Counted from the stretch's first letter, positions 1 to 9,057 are shown. The stretch is DNA of 45,922 nucleotides from Bacillota bacterium (GCA_029007865.1 JAQXIQ010000148.1:1-45922); one strand, 5' to 3'. Translations and numbers: made by a program. Notes: generated from the letters alone by a model not told the origin.

Positions 1-51
1 TACATATAACAGGAATCAAATATAGGAGCATGGCAGCTGCAAAACACGCCT

Positions 52-984
52 TCAGTTTTTGCCGCAGCGGCACGGAAGCGCCCCGAAGGACGGGTCTTCG
101 CTGAGCATAAGGAAGCCCTCCAGCGAGTCCCTGTCCGACACCGTAAGACTGTCAAAGCCCCAACGGCTCATAAAGCTCTCCAGAATGATCGTGCCGAACG
201 GAATGATATCCGCTCTGTCCTGCGGCACGCCCGGAATAAGCATTCTGTCAGCAAGCGGCTGCATGAGCTGCTCCGCCAACTGCCTGATCTGCCCCAGCGT
301 AAGGACTGTGCCCTGTACGGCGTCGCTATACTCGCGCATACCCAGCTTTACCGCGCCCAGCGTGGTAGCGGTGCCGGACACTCCCACCAGTGTCCGCGCG
401 TCAAAGGGGCGGATACTTTCGTAGCACTCCAGCTCTGGGGCTATGGCTTCCTTTACGCGCTGCAGCATCCGGCAGTCTATGCCGTCGCTGCCGCCAAAGC
501 GCTCCTGAAGCCTGACCGCGCCCAGTTTTCTGCTCATTGCCCGCACCTGTCCGTCATGCTTTACCATTACTTCGGTGCTGCCTCCTCCGATATCTATTAC
601 CGCCGTATCCTCCGCATTTGCCGCGCCCGTAAAGGCAATCAGTGCCTCCTGCTCGCCGCTGAGCAGCTGCAGTTTAACGCCGTTTTGCAAAAGCAGCCGC
701 CTAAAGGCATCGCGGTTTTCCGCCTCGCGCACCGCAGCAGTGGCGTATACATAGAGTTCCTGCGCTCCGGCCTCGGCCGCGGCCGCCGCAAACCCGGCCA
801 CTGCGTTTGCCGTGCGCTCCATGGGCTCACGCTTGAGGGTGCCGTCGGCGCTGCCCTGTCCCAGCCTGGTGGTGGTGAGGTATTTGCGCACCTGAGAAAC
901 GCTTACCGCGCCCTCAGCGCGCTCTACACGGGCTATACACAGTCTTGTGCTGTTTGTACCTATATCTATTACGGCTTTTAACAC
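52..984 (-). CDS. Ppx/GppA family phosphatase (exopolyphosphatase-like)
   Basis: ASKHA motifs VIDIGTNSTRL, ATAAVREA, LLSGEQEA, VIDIGGGSTE, RADII; GTG start with purine-rich RBS. Confidence 0.9.
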   Translation of the reverse strand: MLKAVIDIGTNSTRLCIARVERAEGAVSVSQVRKYLTTTRLGQGSADGTLKREPMERTANAVAGFAAAAAEAGAQELYVYATAAVREAENRDAFRRLLLQNGVKLQLLSGEQEALIAFTGAANAEDTAVIDIGGGSTEVMVKHDGQVRAMSRKLGAVRLQERFGGSDGIDCRMLQRVKEAIAPELECYESIRPFDARTLVGVSGTATTLGAVKLGMREYSDAVQGTVLTLGQIRQLAEQLMQPLADRMLIPGVPQDRADIIPFGTIILESFMSRWGFDSLTVSDRDSLEGFLMLSEDPSFGALPCRCGKN

Positions 985-1104
985 TTTGCTTCCCCTTTCT
1001 TTATTGAAAAATCATCGGTGCCGGCTCCGCACAACGCGCTTTGTCTGTCCGGATAATCGCGCGCTCCGGTCCGCTGCTGTATATTATACATCAAAAATGC
1101 TTAA

Positions 1105-1150
1105 AAAAAGCCCGGATATTGCGGCAAAACCGCACGATATCCGGACTTAT
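1105..1150 (-). terminator. Probable intrinsic terminator between the membrane protein gene and ppx
   Basis: CCGGATAT..GCGG-loop-CCGC..ATATCCGG hairpin with a T-run on the minus strand. Confidence 0.5.
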
Positions 1151-1209
1151 TTTATAACGGATCTTAATTTTGCCGTGCACGGCACGCTTTCCGGGGCAAT
1201 GCCAGGGGA

Positions 1210-1908
1210 CTACTGTCCGCCCTGCGGGGCATCATCGCCGCCGCTTTCCGCATTGCCGGGCTGTGCTTCCGCAGCCGTGCCGTTATCGGTTTGGGGTGTT
1301 TCCGGAACCGCGGTATAAATACTGCCGTCGGAGGAGTCTCCGGGGGCCGCATCTGTTCCATACGGGTTTGCGCCGTAGGGGTTTGCGCTGTACTGGTCTG
1401 TGCCGCATCCTTGACCGGGCTGCGCCGTCTGCAGCGTAACCGCACTGCAATACCGAATAACATTTTTAAGCATGCAGCACACGCCCGCGACGCCCAGCAG
1501 CATGCCTATGACGGACGACTTGAGTATTTCCAGCAGGTTATCCGGATAAACCAGAGACCAGAACACATACGAGCCGACCGAAAACGATTCCGCTTCGGCC
1601 TCCGCAATCCATTCGGGGTCCTGGCTTAGCACAACCCAGTAGCTGCAAAACTCGCTGACATAAATCATAAGTACAGAACAGATAATAATTACGGTTATGG
1701 CATAGCCCTTGTTTTTTGCACCCTTCAGCAGTTTATAGCCGAAGAACGCGCAGATGCCCACCACAAGCCCAAGCCAGGATGAATAAAGCTCCAAAAAAGT
1801 GCTTACCAGAAACCACGGCACCGCGCCCACCGCCGCGCCGAGAAGAGCGCCGAGAAAACCGCTTAAATAGCTGAACGCATCGCTTTTTTCGCTGCACTGC
1901 TGCTGCAT
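1210..1908 (-). CDS. Hypothetical membrane protein, ~4 TM helices with a low-complexity acidic C-terminal tail
   Basis: Hydrophobic segments (GFLGALLGAAVGAVPW etc.); GGAGGG RBS; own sigma-A-like promoter. Confidence 0.75.
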   Translation of the reverse strand: MQQQCSEKSDAFSYLSGFLGALLGAAVGAVPWFLVSTFLELYSSWLGLVVGICAFFGYKLLKGAKNKGYAITVIIICSVLMIYVSEFCSYWVVLSQDPEWIAEAEAESFSVGSYVFWSLVYPDNLLEILKSSVIGMLLGVAGVCCMLKNVIRYCSAVTLQTAQPGQGCGTDQYSANPYGANPYGTDAAPGDSSDGSIYTAVPETPQTDNGTAAEAQPGNAESGGDDAPQGGQ

Positions 1909-1947
1909 AAAGATACCCCTCCATTTTATATCAAGTTAATGTGCCTT

Positions 1948-1976
1948 ATTTTATCAAAAAAGCCTTTTGCAGTCAA
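1948..1976 (-). promoter_or_regulatory. Sigma-A-type promoter
   Basis: TTGACT-N17-TAAAAT with extended -10 TG on the minus strand. Confidence 0.6.
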
Positions 1977-2017
1977 TATGCCGACGGCAAATATTCACAA
2001 AATGCTTGCGCAGTTTT

Positions 2018-2044
2018 TTAGCACTCTAAGATCGAGAGTGCTAA
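2018..2044. promoter_or_regulatory. CIRCE element (HrcA operator)
   Basis: Perfect TTAGCACTC-N9-GAGTGCTAA upstream of an Hsp20 gene. Confidence 0.95.
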
Positions 2045-2246
2045 AGTTCACAGAATGATAATAAAATCCCGTATAAAATGAAATATTTACGAGTTATCAT
2101 ATACGCGTTGAAAGGGAAAGATAAAAAAACGGAAAGGAGTTGAGTCCGATGTGTAAGTCAGAAGCCTGCGGCAAAGGCTCAGCCGCCGGCACATTGCAAT
2201 GAGCCGAAGCAACCGTTCAGAATAATTTTTTTAAGGAGTGAGTTTT

Positions 2247-2681
2247 ATGTTTGATATTATGCCGTTTGAAAGAAATAACAACAGGACCGTCTTTAATCCT
2301 TTTAAGGAGCTCAACGAGCTGGAAAAAGCATTTTTCGGGAATAACTCAATAGCGGAGTTCAAAACCGATATTAGGGATACCGGCAGCGCGTACGAGCTGG
2401 AAGCCGATCTACCGGGCTTTAAGAAAGAGGACATACACATAGATCTTGAGGGTGACTATCTGACCATAAGCGCGAGCCGCAACGACAGCAAGGAAGAAAA
2501 GGACGAAAAGGGCAATTATGTGCGCCGCGAACGCTGCTACGGTTCCTTTACCAGAAGCTTTGACATCTCCGGCATCAAGTCCGATGAGATAACCGCCGAA
2601 TACAGCGATGGCGTATTAAAGCTTAATATGCCCAAGCGCGAGGAGATCAAACCCACCTCCAGGAGGCTGGAATTAAAATAA
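2247..2681 (+). CDS. Small heat shock protein, Hsp20/alpha-crystallin family (clostridial Hsp18-like)
   Basis: EADLPGFKKEDI, YVRRERCYGSFTRSF, DGVLKLNMPK; ATG 2247 after an AAGGAG RBS. Confidence 0.95.
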   Translation: MFDIMPFERNNNRTVFNPFKELNELEKAFFGNNSIAEFKTDIRDTGSAYELEADLPGFKKEDIHIDLEGDYLTISASRNDSKEEKDEKGNYVRRERCYGSFTRSFDISGIKSDEITAEYSDGVLKLNMPKREEIKPTSRRLELK

Positions 2682-2713
2682 ATTCCGCAAGCCTGAGCTG
2701 CAAATGAATAAAC

Positions 2714-2748
2714 AACAAACCGGACCGCCGCAAACGGCCCGGTTTGTT
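2714..2748. terminator. Bidirectional terminator-like hairpin between convergent genes
   Basis: AACAAACCGG...CCGGTTTGTT inverted repeat. Confidence 0.6.
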
Positions 2749-2764
2749 TATATTTCAGAAGTTA

Positions 2765-3754
2765 TCAGTTTTCCTTCTTCTTTTTGGAAGCTGCCACAAT
2801 AACAACAACGATTATCGCCACGGCAACCACGGCAATAACGATCCAGGCCCAGGTGGGGAAGCCTCCCGACTGCTGAGCAGCTGCTGTGCTCTGTCCGGGA
2901 GCTACGGAAGCGCCCTGGGAAGCAACTTCTGTCGGAGCCACGGTGGGAGCTACGGACGCGCCCTGAGAAGCAACGTCTGTCGGAGCCTCGGTGGGAGCTA
3001 CGGTGGGAGTAAAGGCAGGCAGGTCGAAATCCAGCTTCGCGGCAACGGCATACATATTCACCCATTCCAGCTCTGCAGGCTCATCGCTTAGGTTTTCCAG
3101 CACCAGACCGAGCAGCCAGAAGAAGCGGTAATTCTGCTCAGTATGCAATGACATATAATCTCCAATCCCCTCGGTATTACTCTCTGAGGTATCGCTGGTC
3201 AGACGCTCATTGGGGATTACGATATAGCCGCTGAAATCAGCGGGCAGTTTAATATACCATGCATCCCTAATAAATTCCACGCCGGCGCGCTGGTATTCAC
3301 CGTTATCGTTTACCATGACAACGGGGTATTCTTCATTTCCGCTGATACCGATATAAGCCGTAACCGTTTCACAAAAAGCCTGGTGCTTAATCGCAAGCGC
3401 AATTGGCTGGCTGCTATTCTTTACCTGAAGCACCATATACTTGCTTGCATAGAGATTATTCTCGTGAGCGATAAACGGGGCGAAAAAGGTGCCGTCCGTG
3501 GTAACAGTATATCCTATCTCTACATTGTCGGAGCTGTCGATCTCCGCAAGCAAGGTGTCATTCTCCGTAAGTGACGCATAACCTCCGCCCCATGAGCTGA
3601 CCACCTTTTCGATATCGAATTTTTCGGTTACCGGCAGCAGCAATGACGTGTCAAAGGGAGAGGTGTCCGGCGCCCCGGTAACCGCGGACGCCGTCAAAAC
3701 CACAGTGCAGATTACGGCGATAACAACCAGAGCTGTGAAAAGCTTTTTCCTCAT
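2765..3754 (-). CDS. Secreted, C-terminally membrane-anchored hypothetical protein (paralog 1)
   Basis: Signal peptide MRKKLFTALVV..ASA; P/T/A-rich linker; TM helix plus KKKKEN tail; GGAGG RBS supports ATG 3754. Confidence 0.85.
   Translation of the reverse strand: MRKKLFTALVVIAVICTVVLTASAVTGAPDTSPFDTSLLLPVTEKFDIEKVVSSWGGGYASLTENDTLLAEIDSSDNVEIGYTVTTDGTFFAPFIAHENNLYASKYMVLQVKNSSQPIALAIKHQAFCETVTAYIGISGNEEYPVVMVNDNGEYQRAGVEFIRDAWYIKLPADFSGYIVIPNERLTSDTSESNTEGIGDYMSLHTEQNYRFFWLLGLVLENLSDEPAELEWVNMYAVAAKLDFDLPAFTPTVAPTEAPTDVASQGASVAPTVAPTEVASQGASVAPGQSTAAAQQSGGFPTWAWIVIAVVAVAIIVVVIVAASKKKKEN
2897..3003. repeat. 48-bp coding tandem repeat (2 full copies plus a partial copy) in the linker
   Basis: Units 2897-2944 and 2945-2992 encode VAPT(E/V)APT(D/E)VASQGAS. 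Confidence 0.85.
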
Positions 3755-3788
3755 AATATTTTCCTCCGCAATACTTTGATTTGTCAGC

Positions 3789-3817
3789 ATTATAAATTAT
3801 TATCTCCCGAATGTAAA
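3789..3817 (-). promoter_or_regulatory. Sigma-A promoter of paralog 1
   Basis: TTTACA-N17-TATAAT. Confidence 0.7.
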
Positions 3818-3923
3818 TATGGATATTTAACCGTTCGTTTTGCGTGGAATAAATCCGAAAAATTGCTGTCCGCATATTGGCGTCATAAACCGGAGCCTTT
3901 TGCTGCAAGGCAGGCAAAATGGC

Positions 3924-4004
3924 GGAAATGCCATGCCCGTGCGGAAGAGCCGTAGCGCTTGGGACAAGATTATAATTATAGCGAGGAAATGCCATGCCCG
4001 TGCG
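3924..4004. repeat. 20-bp direct repeat, two copies with a 61-bp period
   Basis: GGAAATGCCATGCCCGTGCG at 3924-3943 and 3985-4004. Confidence 0.8.
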
Positions 4005-4131
4005 AAAGCGCCGGCATGAGAGGATTGACCGTCCGGCGCTCAGAGTCGGAATCACAATGCCGTATCCTTACGGCAAACAAAAAACCGAGCCGCTTACTGC
4101 GGCCCGGTCGGATGTTTGTATTCAGAAGCTA

Positions 4132-5067
4132 TCAGTTTTCCTTCTTCTTTTTGGAAGCAACCACGATAACAACAACGATTATCGCTACGACAACCACGGC
4201 AATAACGATCCACGCCCAGGTGGGGAAGCCTCCCTGCTGAGTCTGAGCAGCGGCTGTGCTCTGTCCGGGAGTTACGGAAGCGCCCTGAGAAGCAACTTCT
4301 GTCGGAGTCTCGGTGGGAGTCTCGGTGGGATCCTCGGTGGGATCTGCGGCAGGCAGGTCGAAATCCAGGGTCTCGGAAACAGCAAACATATTGACCCACT
4401 CCAGAGTGGTTTCCTCCTCGCCTCTGTTCTCAACATAAATATTGAGCTGCCAGAAGAAGCGATAATCCTGCTCGGTGCGCATTGCCATGTAGTCGCCTAC
4501 GCCTTCGGTGTTCTCCTCGGTAATGTCGCTGGTAAGGCGCTCATTGGGGATTACGATGTAGCCGCTGAAATCGGCAGGCAGAATCACATACCAGGCATCC
4601 AGGCTGAATTCCACCACGGCACGCTGATACTCGCCGTTATCGTTTACCAGAACAATGGGATACTCCTCATTACCGCTGATGCTTACGGGAGTTGTAACGC
4701 TTCCGCTGAAAGCGATGTGATAGGGAGATATGGCAGTCTCCTGGCTGCCGTTTTTAACCTGCAGCACCATGTACTTGCTGGCATAGAGATTGTCCTCATG
4801 CGCGATAAATGTCGCCCAGAAAGAACCGTCGGTGGTAACGGCATAACCGGCCGCTACATAGCCGTAGCCGTCGATTTCCACAAGATAGGTCTTGTCTTCG
4901 GTAAGGGACGCCACTCCGTCGCCGGTGGCGCTCACTACCTTGTCGATGTCAAACTGCTCGGTTACAGGCAGCAGAAGACTTGTGTCAAAAGGTGCCGCAA
5001 CCGCTGTCATTGTCATTGCACAGATTACTGCAATAACGGCAAGAACTGCAAAAAGCTTTTTCTTCAT
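4132..5067 (-). CDS. Secreted, C-terminally membrane-anchored hypothetical protein (paralog 2)
   Basis: Same architecture as paralog 1, with long shared blocks (PFDTSLLLPVTE, YASKYMVLQVKN, LPADFSGYIVIPNERLTSD); GGAGG RBS supports ATG 5067. Confidence 0.85.
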   Translation of the reverse strand: MKKKLFAVLAVIAVICAMTMTAVAAPFDTSLLLPVTEQFDIDKVVSATGDGVASLTEDKTYLVEIDGYGYVAAGYAVTTDGSFWATFIAHEDNLYASKYMVLQVKNGSQETAISPYHIAFSGSVTTPVSISGNEEYPIVLVNDNGEYQRAVVEFSLDAWYVILPADFSGYIVIPNERLTSDITEENTEGVGDYMAMRTEQDYRFFWQLNIYVENRGEEETTLEWVNMFAVSETLDFDLPAADPTEDPTETPTETPTEVASQGASVTPGQSTAAAQTQQGGFPTWAWIVIAVVVVAIIVVVIVVASKKKKEN

Positions 5068-5095
5068 TATTATGTCCCTCCATATATTTTTATAT

Positions 5096-5124
5096 ATTAT
5101 ACAACTTTGCACGAGGTTTGTAAA
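5096..5124 (-). promoter_or_regulatory. Sigma-A promoter of paralog 2
   Basis: TTTACA-N17-TATAAT. Confidence 0.7.
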
Positions 5125-5324
5125 TAGGGATATTTTCCATCCGTCCGTTTTTATAAAAATTTCAAAGGTATCTGCGAGCCTCCGACGGCAAAAGCCGTCC
5201 GCGTCACCGGATAACATGATGTGCACCATAGCGCAAAAAGGGCTTTGAAAAAGTATTTCGCACACCTTCAAAAGCGGCGGCGACTCGCAAATGCCACCCC
5301 CGACACACTATGCGGAAGCTTATG

Positions 5325-5450
5325 ATGCTGTACGGCCCCGGGCGCACCGCGCGGCCCGGCGACCGGAGGGAGCGCGCCGCCGCAGGCGGCGCGGAGGGCC
5401 GAAGGCCGTAAGGCCGAGGCCCGGGGCCGCGCGGGAAGCAGTTATTCCTG
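5325..5450. repeat. GC-rich multi-hairpin intergenic repeat element, copy 1
   Basis: 26-bp core AGGGAGCGCGCCGCCGCAGGCGGCGC (5367-5392) identical to 28149-28174; flanks similar; ends approximate. Confidence 0.75.
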
Positions 5451-5788
5451 CCGCAGCTTGTTTTTCTGTCGACACAAAAAAACATTTTTATGCTTCATTA
5501 TATGCCTAATCTGACGAAAAATGCGTTAAACTCATGTTTTCCGGCGCAAAAAGGCATACGATTGCGTAAAATCCTGCCGTCAAAGCAACATTTTTCACCC
5601 TGCAGTCCCTGTTATAATGCAATCAACAATCCATATACGCTCAAATCTCAAAAATCCGTGCAAGAGAGCCTGATTGCCAGCTGATGCACAGCCGCAAAAC
5701 TCATTTGTACTGCATATACTGTATGTACTTCATGTGCTTTTAGTGACTCAGGCCAAACTGCCGCAGTCTGAAGAAACAGGGTGATAAA

Positions 5789-8107
5789 ATGCAAAAGAAA
5801 CACAAAAAGCTTTCGGTTTACAGCATACGCGCGCTGACGGCACGCGCCGCGGAACCGGCTATACTGCTGGTTTTATCCGTTTTGCTGGCCGGCTGCTCGC
5901 CCGCAGAAGGGCTGTACCCCTTTGCGGTTTGTTTGCCGGGCGTAATATGGGACAAGCCGTCCCGGTATCTTCCCGTAGCGGCAGGCTCGATATGTGCGGC
6001 ATTGATAAGAGAGCCGTCACTGTTTAGCGTGACCATGTATTGCGTACCGGTGCTTTTATACCTGTTCTGCGTCTACTTTTTACATATAAAAAAGCTGTCG
6101 CGACAAGTTTATCGCATGGGAGCTATGGCGGTATGCTATCTTATAGCCATACTGTGCAGTGAAGACGCGGCAGCCTACGACATCATAATGGCCTGCCTGT
6201 CCTGCGTAGGAGGATGTGCACTTATACCGATACTGACCGGAGCCGTGCAGGCGCTGCAGTCGGCCCGGAAACGCAGTGCCCTTACAAAAGGTGAGCTTGC
6301 ATGCGTAGGCTTACTGATATGCTCCGTTCTGCTCTCTCTGCCCGATATAAATCTGCTGGATATCTCCTTTGCAGTGCTTATGTCCCTGATATGCATATCC
6401 GCCGCGGCGCTTGCTCTTCCCGCCGGCGAGGCCATTGCCTTTGCCTGTATGTGCGCCTCATTTTTCCTGTTAAAGGGCATGAAATCCGATGTCTGTTTTA
6501 CTCTTGCCGTAATGGCACTTTTTGCATGCTCCTTCAGAAGGCTCGGACGGTTTTCCGCTCTGCTGGGCTTTGTGCTGGCGGACGCGCTTATGACCCTGTG
6601 CATGACCGGGATGCCGGGATTTATTATACCGATGCAAACGGCAGGACTGGCAGCGGTTCCGGTCATGCTGCTTAACAAAAAGCAGACGCAGCTGCTGCGC
6701 GGCCTGGGCGGCAGTGTGCTTATACCCACCTCTTCGGAGAAAGAGCTGGCTTCCCGCTCGCTTGCAGAAATAGATACACGGCTTCGGAGCTGCTCGGAGG
6801 TATTTAACCGGTTGTCCCAGATATTTCAGGAAAGCACCGAGAACAAGCGAAGCAAACGGCTGGAGCTGTGCGCGCACGCCGCCAGCAGGATATGCTCTCA
6901 GTGCAGTAAATACGAATACTGTTGGAAAAACCGGTATTCCGATACATACTCGGACTTCCGCGAACTTGCCGGGATGATAACCGCCGCAGGCTCGCTGTCC
7001 CCGTATGATGTAAGCAAGGATTTCAAGGCAAGATGTGTAGACTGGATAGGCGTACTGCTGGATATGAACACCCAGAATGCCGCTCCGGCAGAGGATGCCG
7101 AAATAAAAAGCGGCAATATAATGATGTCAAAGCAATGCCGCAGCATTGCCGATATGCTTTTGTCTCTGGTAAAGGAAAACAGCCCCATAGAGTACGATTA
7201 TAATACCGAAGAACGGCTTTCCTCCGTTCTGTGTGAAAACGGTCTGGGCGCGCGTGATATTGTGTGCCGCTGCCGCGAAGGAAATCTGGAGTCGGTAACG
7301 GTCAGTCTGCCCGCCTGTAAAGGGGACAAGCCCTGTGCCGGTCGCATTCCGGAGCTGCTCAGACAGACCCTGGGCGCTGATTTTTCCTGCGATGAGCGCA
7401 TCTGTTCTCTTGCGTCCGGAGGCTGCCGCTGCGTGTTTACCCCGGCTCCCAGGCTGCGCGCCTGCTGCCATGCAGCCTGTAAGGTTAAGGATGGGCAAAG
7501 CGTCTGCGGGGACAGTTTTTCCCTTCTTCCTCTGCCGGGCGGAAAATATCTGGCCGCCATAAGCGACGGAATGGGCAGCGGCAGCGAGGCTGCATGCGAA
7601 AGCGAAAACGCCGTGGCCCTGCTTGAAACGCTGTGCCTTGGCAGAATGGATGTCCGGCAGGCATACGACACGGTAAACGAGCTGCTGCAGCTGAGGAAAA
7701 AAAGCGCCGAAAGCTATTCCACTATTGACGCCTGCGTGCTTGACCTGACGCAGGGAATATGCTCCTGGGGGAAAATAGGCGCTGTTCCGGGATATCTTGT
7801 GCGGGCAGGCAGAGTGCAGGCCGTAAGCGGAAACTCGCTGCCGCTGGGTATTGTAAGCGACCCCGGTCCCAGCATAACGGACAGGCTCATCAAGGACGGC
7901 GACCTGCTGCTCCTGCTGTCCGACGGCGTATATGACGCGTTGGTAAATCCATGTCAGGATGAAATCGAGCTTATTCTGCCCAGGATATACGATAAGGATG
8001 TAAACATAGTAGCGGGAGAACTGGTTAAAAGCGCTCTGAAAAAAAGCGGAGGACATGCACGGGATGACATGACCGTAATTGCGATACGCATAGAAAAAAC
8101 CGCCTGA
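5789..8107 (+). CDS. spoIIE: Stage II sporulation protein E (membrane PP2C phosphatase)
   Basis: Multi-TM N-terminus, central CxxC..CW motif, PP2C motifs CGDSF, ISDGMGSG, LSDGV, DDMTV. Confidence 0.88.
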   Translation: MQKKHKKLSVYSIRALTARAAEPAILLVLSVLLAGCSPAEGLYPFAVCLPGVIWDKPSRYLPVAAGSICAALIREPSLFSVTMYCVPVLLYLFCVYFLHIKKLSRQVYRMGAMAVCYLIAILCSEDAAAYDIIMACLSCVGGCALIPILTGAVQALQSARKRSALTKGELACVGLLICSVLLSLPDINLLDISFAVLMSLICISAAALALPAGEAIAFACMCASFFLLKGMKSDVCFTLAVMALFACSFRRLGRFSALLGFVLADALMTLCMTGMPGFIIPMQTAGLAAVPVMLLNKKQTQLLRGLGGSVLIPTSSEKELASRSLAEIDTRLRSCSEVFNRLSQIFQESTENKRSKRLELCAHAASRICSQCSKYEYCWKNRYSDTYSDFRELAGMITAAGSLSPYDVSKDFKARCVDWIGVLLDMNTQNAAPAEDAEIKSGNIMMSKQCRSIADMLLSLVKENSPIEYDYNTEERLSSVLCENGLGARDIVCRCREGNLESVTVSLPACKGDKPCAGRIPELLRQTLGADFSCDERICSLASGGCRCVFTPAPRLRACCHAACKVKDGQSVCGDSFSLLPLPGGKYLAAISDGMGSGSEAACESENAVALLETLCLGRMDVRQAYDTVNELLQLRKKSAESYSTIDACVLDLTQGICSWGKIGAVPGYLVRAGRVQAVSGNSLPLGIVSDPGPSITDRLIKDGDLLLLLSDGVYDALVNPCQDEIELILPRIYDKDVNIVAGELVKSALKKSGGHARDDMTVIAIRIEKTA

Positions 8108-8457
8108 GACCTGCCCGCAAAGTGTCAATACTACAATAAGGCGAAACATGGCTACGTTGCAGAGTATTCTTTCCGCAGCCATGTTTTACCCTGTTTTTAT
8201 GCTTATACTGGCACAAGACGCACATACATCTGTCTGCGGTGCTTATCATGATAAATACGCCATCGTCTTACGGATTCCGAGGGAATTCCTCTGAAAATCA
8301 TTGTTTTTTGCCGATAATATGATATACTGTATGTATGGTATATAATTACCATCAGATATGTATCATGCAAAACTCTGGACTTCACGCTTTTGAATACTAC
8401 TGACGGAATTAAAAAGCAAAAACCGTTCAAAAGCATATTTCTATTCCAAAAGCAACC

Positions 8458-9057
8458 ATGAGGCGGCCTATGATTGTAATAATCGTCATAATTGCAATTA
8501 TCATTATAATAATTGCCGCAGTATTTCTGAATAGCGAGCCGCCTGAAAGGAAATGCGGCCGCTTGGGGGAGGAGTATGCCGCACGAATGATAGAAAGCAT
8601 TTTGAACGGCAAAGATCATCTTTTATCCAATATTACTGTCTCTTTTGATCAAAAAAACACAGAGCTTGATAATGTCATTGTCAATGAATACGGCATTTTT
8701 ATTATTGAAGTTAAGAATTATAACGGACAGCTTGTAGGTTCTGTTGGCGATTATGAATGGCAAAAATATCATACTACCGACGCCGGAAACACTTATGTCA
8801 AAACGGTAAAAAATCCTATAAAACAAGTAAAGCGACAGATATACATACTGTCTAACTATCTGAAACAGCACAATATAAATGTTTGGATCAACGGATATGT
8901 GCTATTGCTGCACAATAACAGCCCGGTTGACAGTGAATTTATCCTTGCAGATGTCAGTGATATCGACCGGGTGATACATACGCAAAAAGTATTGCTTGAT
9001 TGCCGCACCGTTGAATCCATTATCGGGTTGCTGTCAAAAAGCCGCAACACGTTATAA
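8458..9057 (+). CDS. NERD (nuclease-related) domain protein with an N-terminal TM helix
   Basis: GRLGEE, ELDNVIVNEYGIFIIEVKNYNG, KNPIKQ; AT-rich relative to the flanks. Confidence 0.85.
   Translation: MRRPMIVIIVIIAIIIIIIAAVFLNSEPPERKCGRLGEEYAARMIESILNGKDHLLSNITVSFDQKNTELDNVIVNEYGIFIIEVKNYNGQLVGSVGDYEWQKYHTTDAGNTYVKTVKNPIKQVKRQIYILSNYLKQHNINVWINGYVLLLHNNSPVDSEFILADVSDIDRVIHTQKVLLDCRTVESIIGLLSKSRNTL

Noticed and set aside
3924-4004. CRISPR array call for the 20-bp repeat
   Set aside because: Only two exact short repeats, no cas genes; kept only as a low-interest repeat
3994-5127. 377-aa plus-strand ORF, and similar long antisense ORFs (7127-8182, 14883-15998, 23768-24673, 33442-34758, 37672-38775, 40422-41567)
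   Set aside because: Shadow frames opposite well-supported genes; no motifs or RBS
8108-8300. Small ORFs or gene remnant between spoIIE and the NERD gene
   Set aside because: No recognisable protein; only a terminator-like hairpin (AAACATGGCT...AGCCATGTTT)
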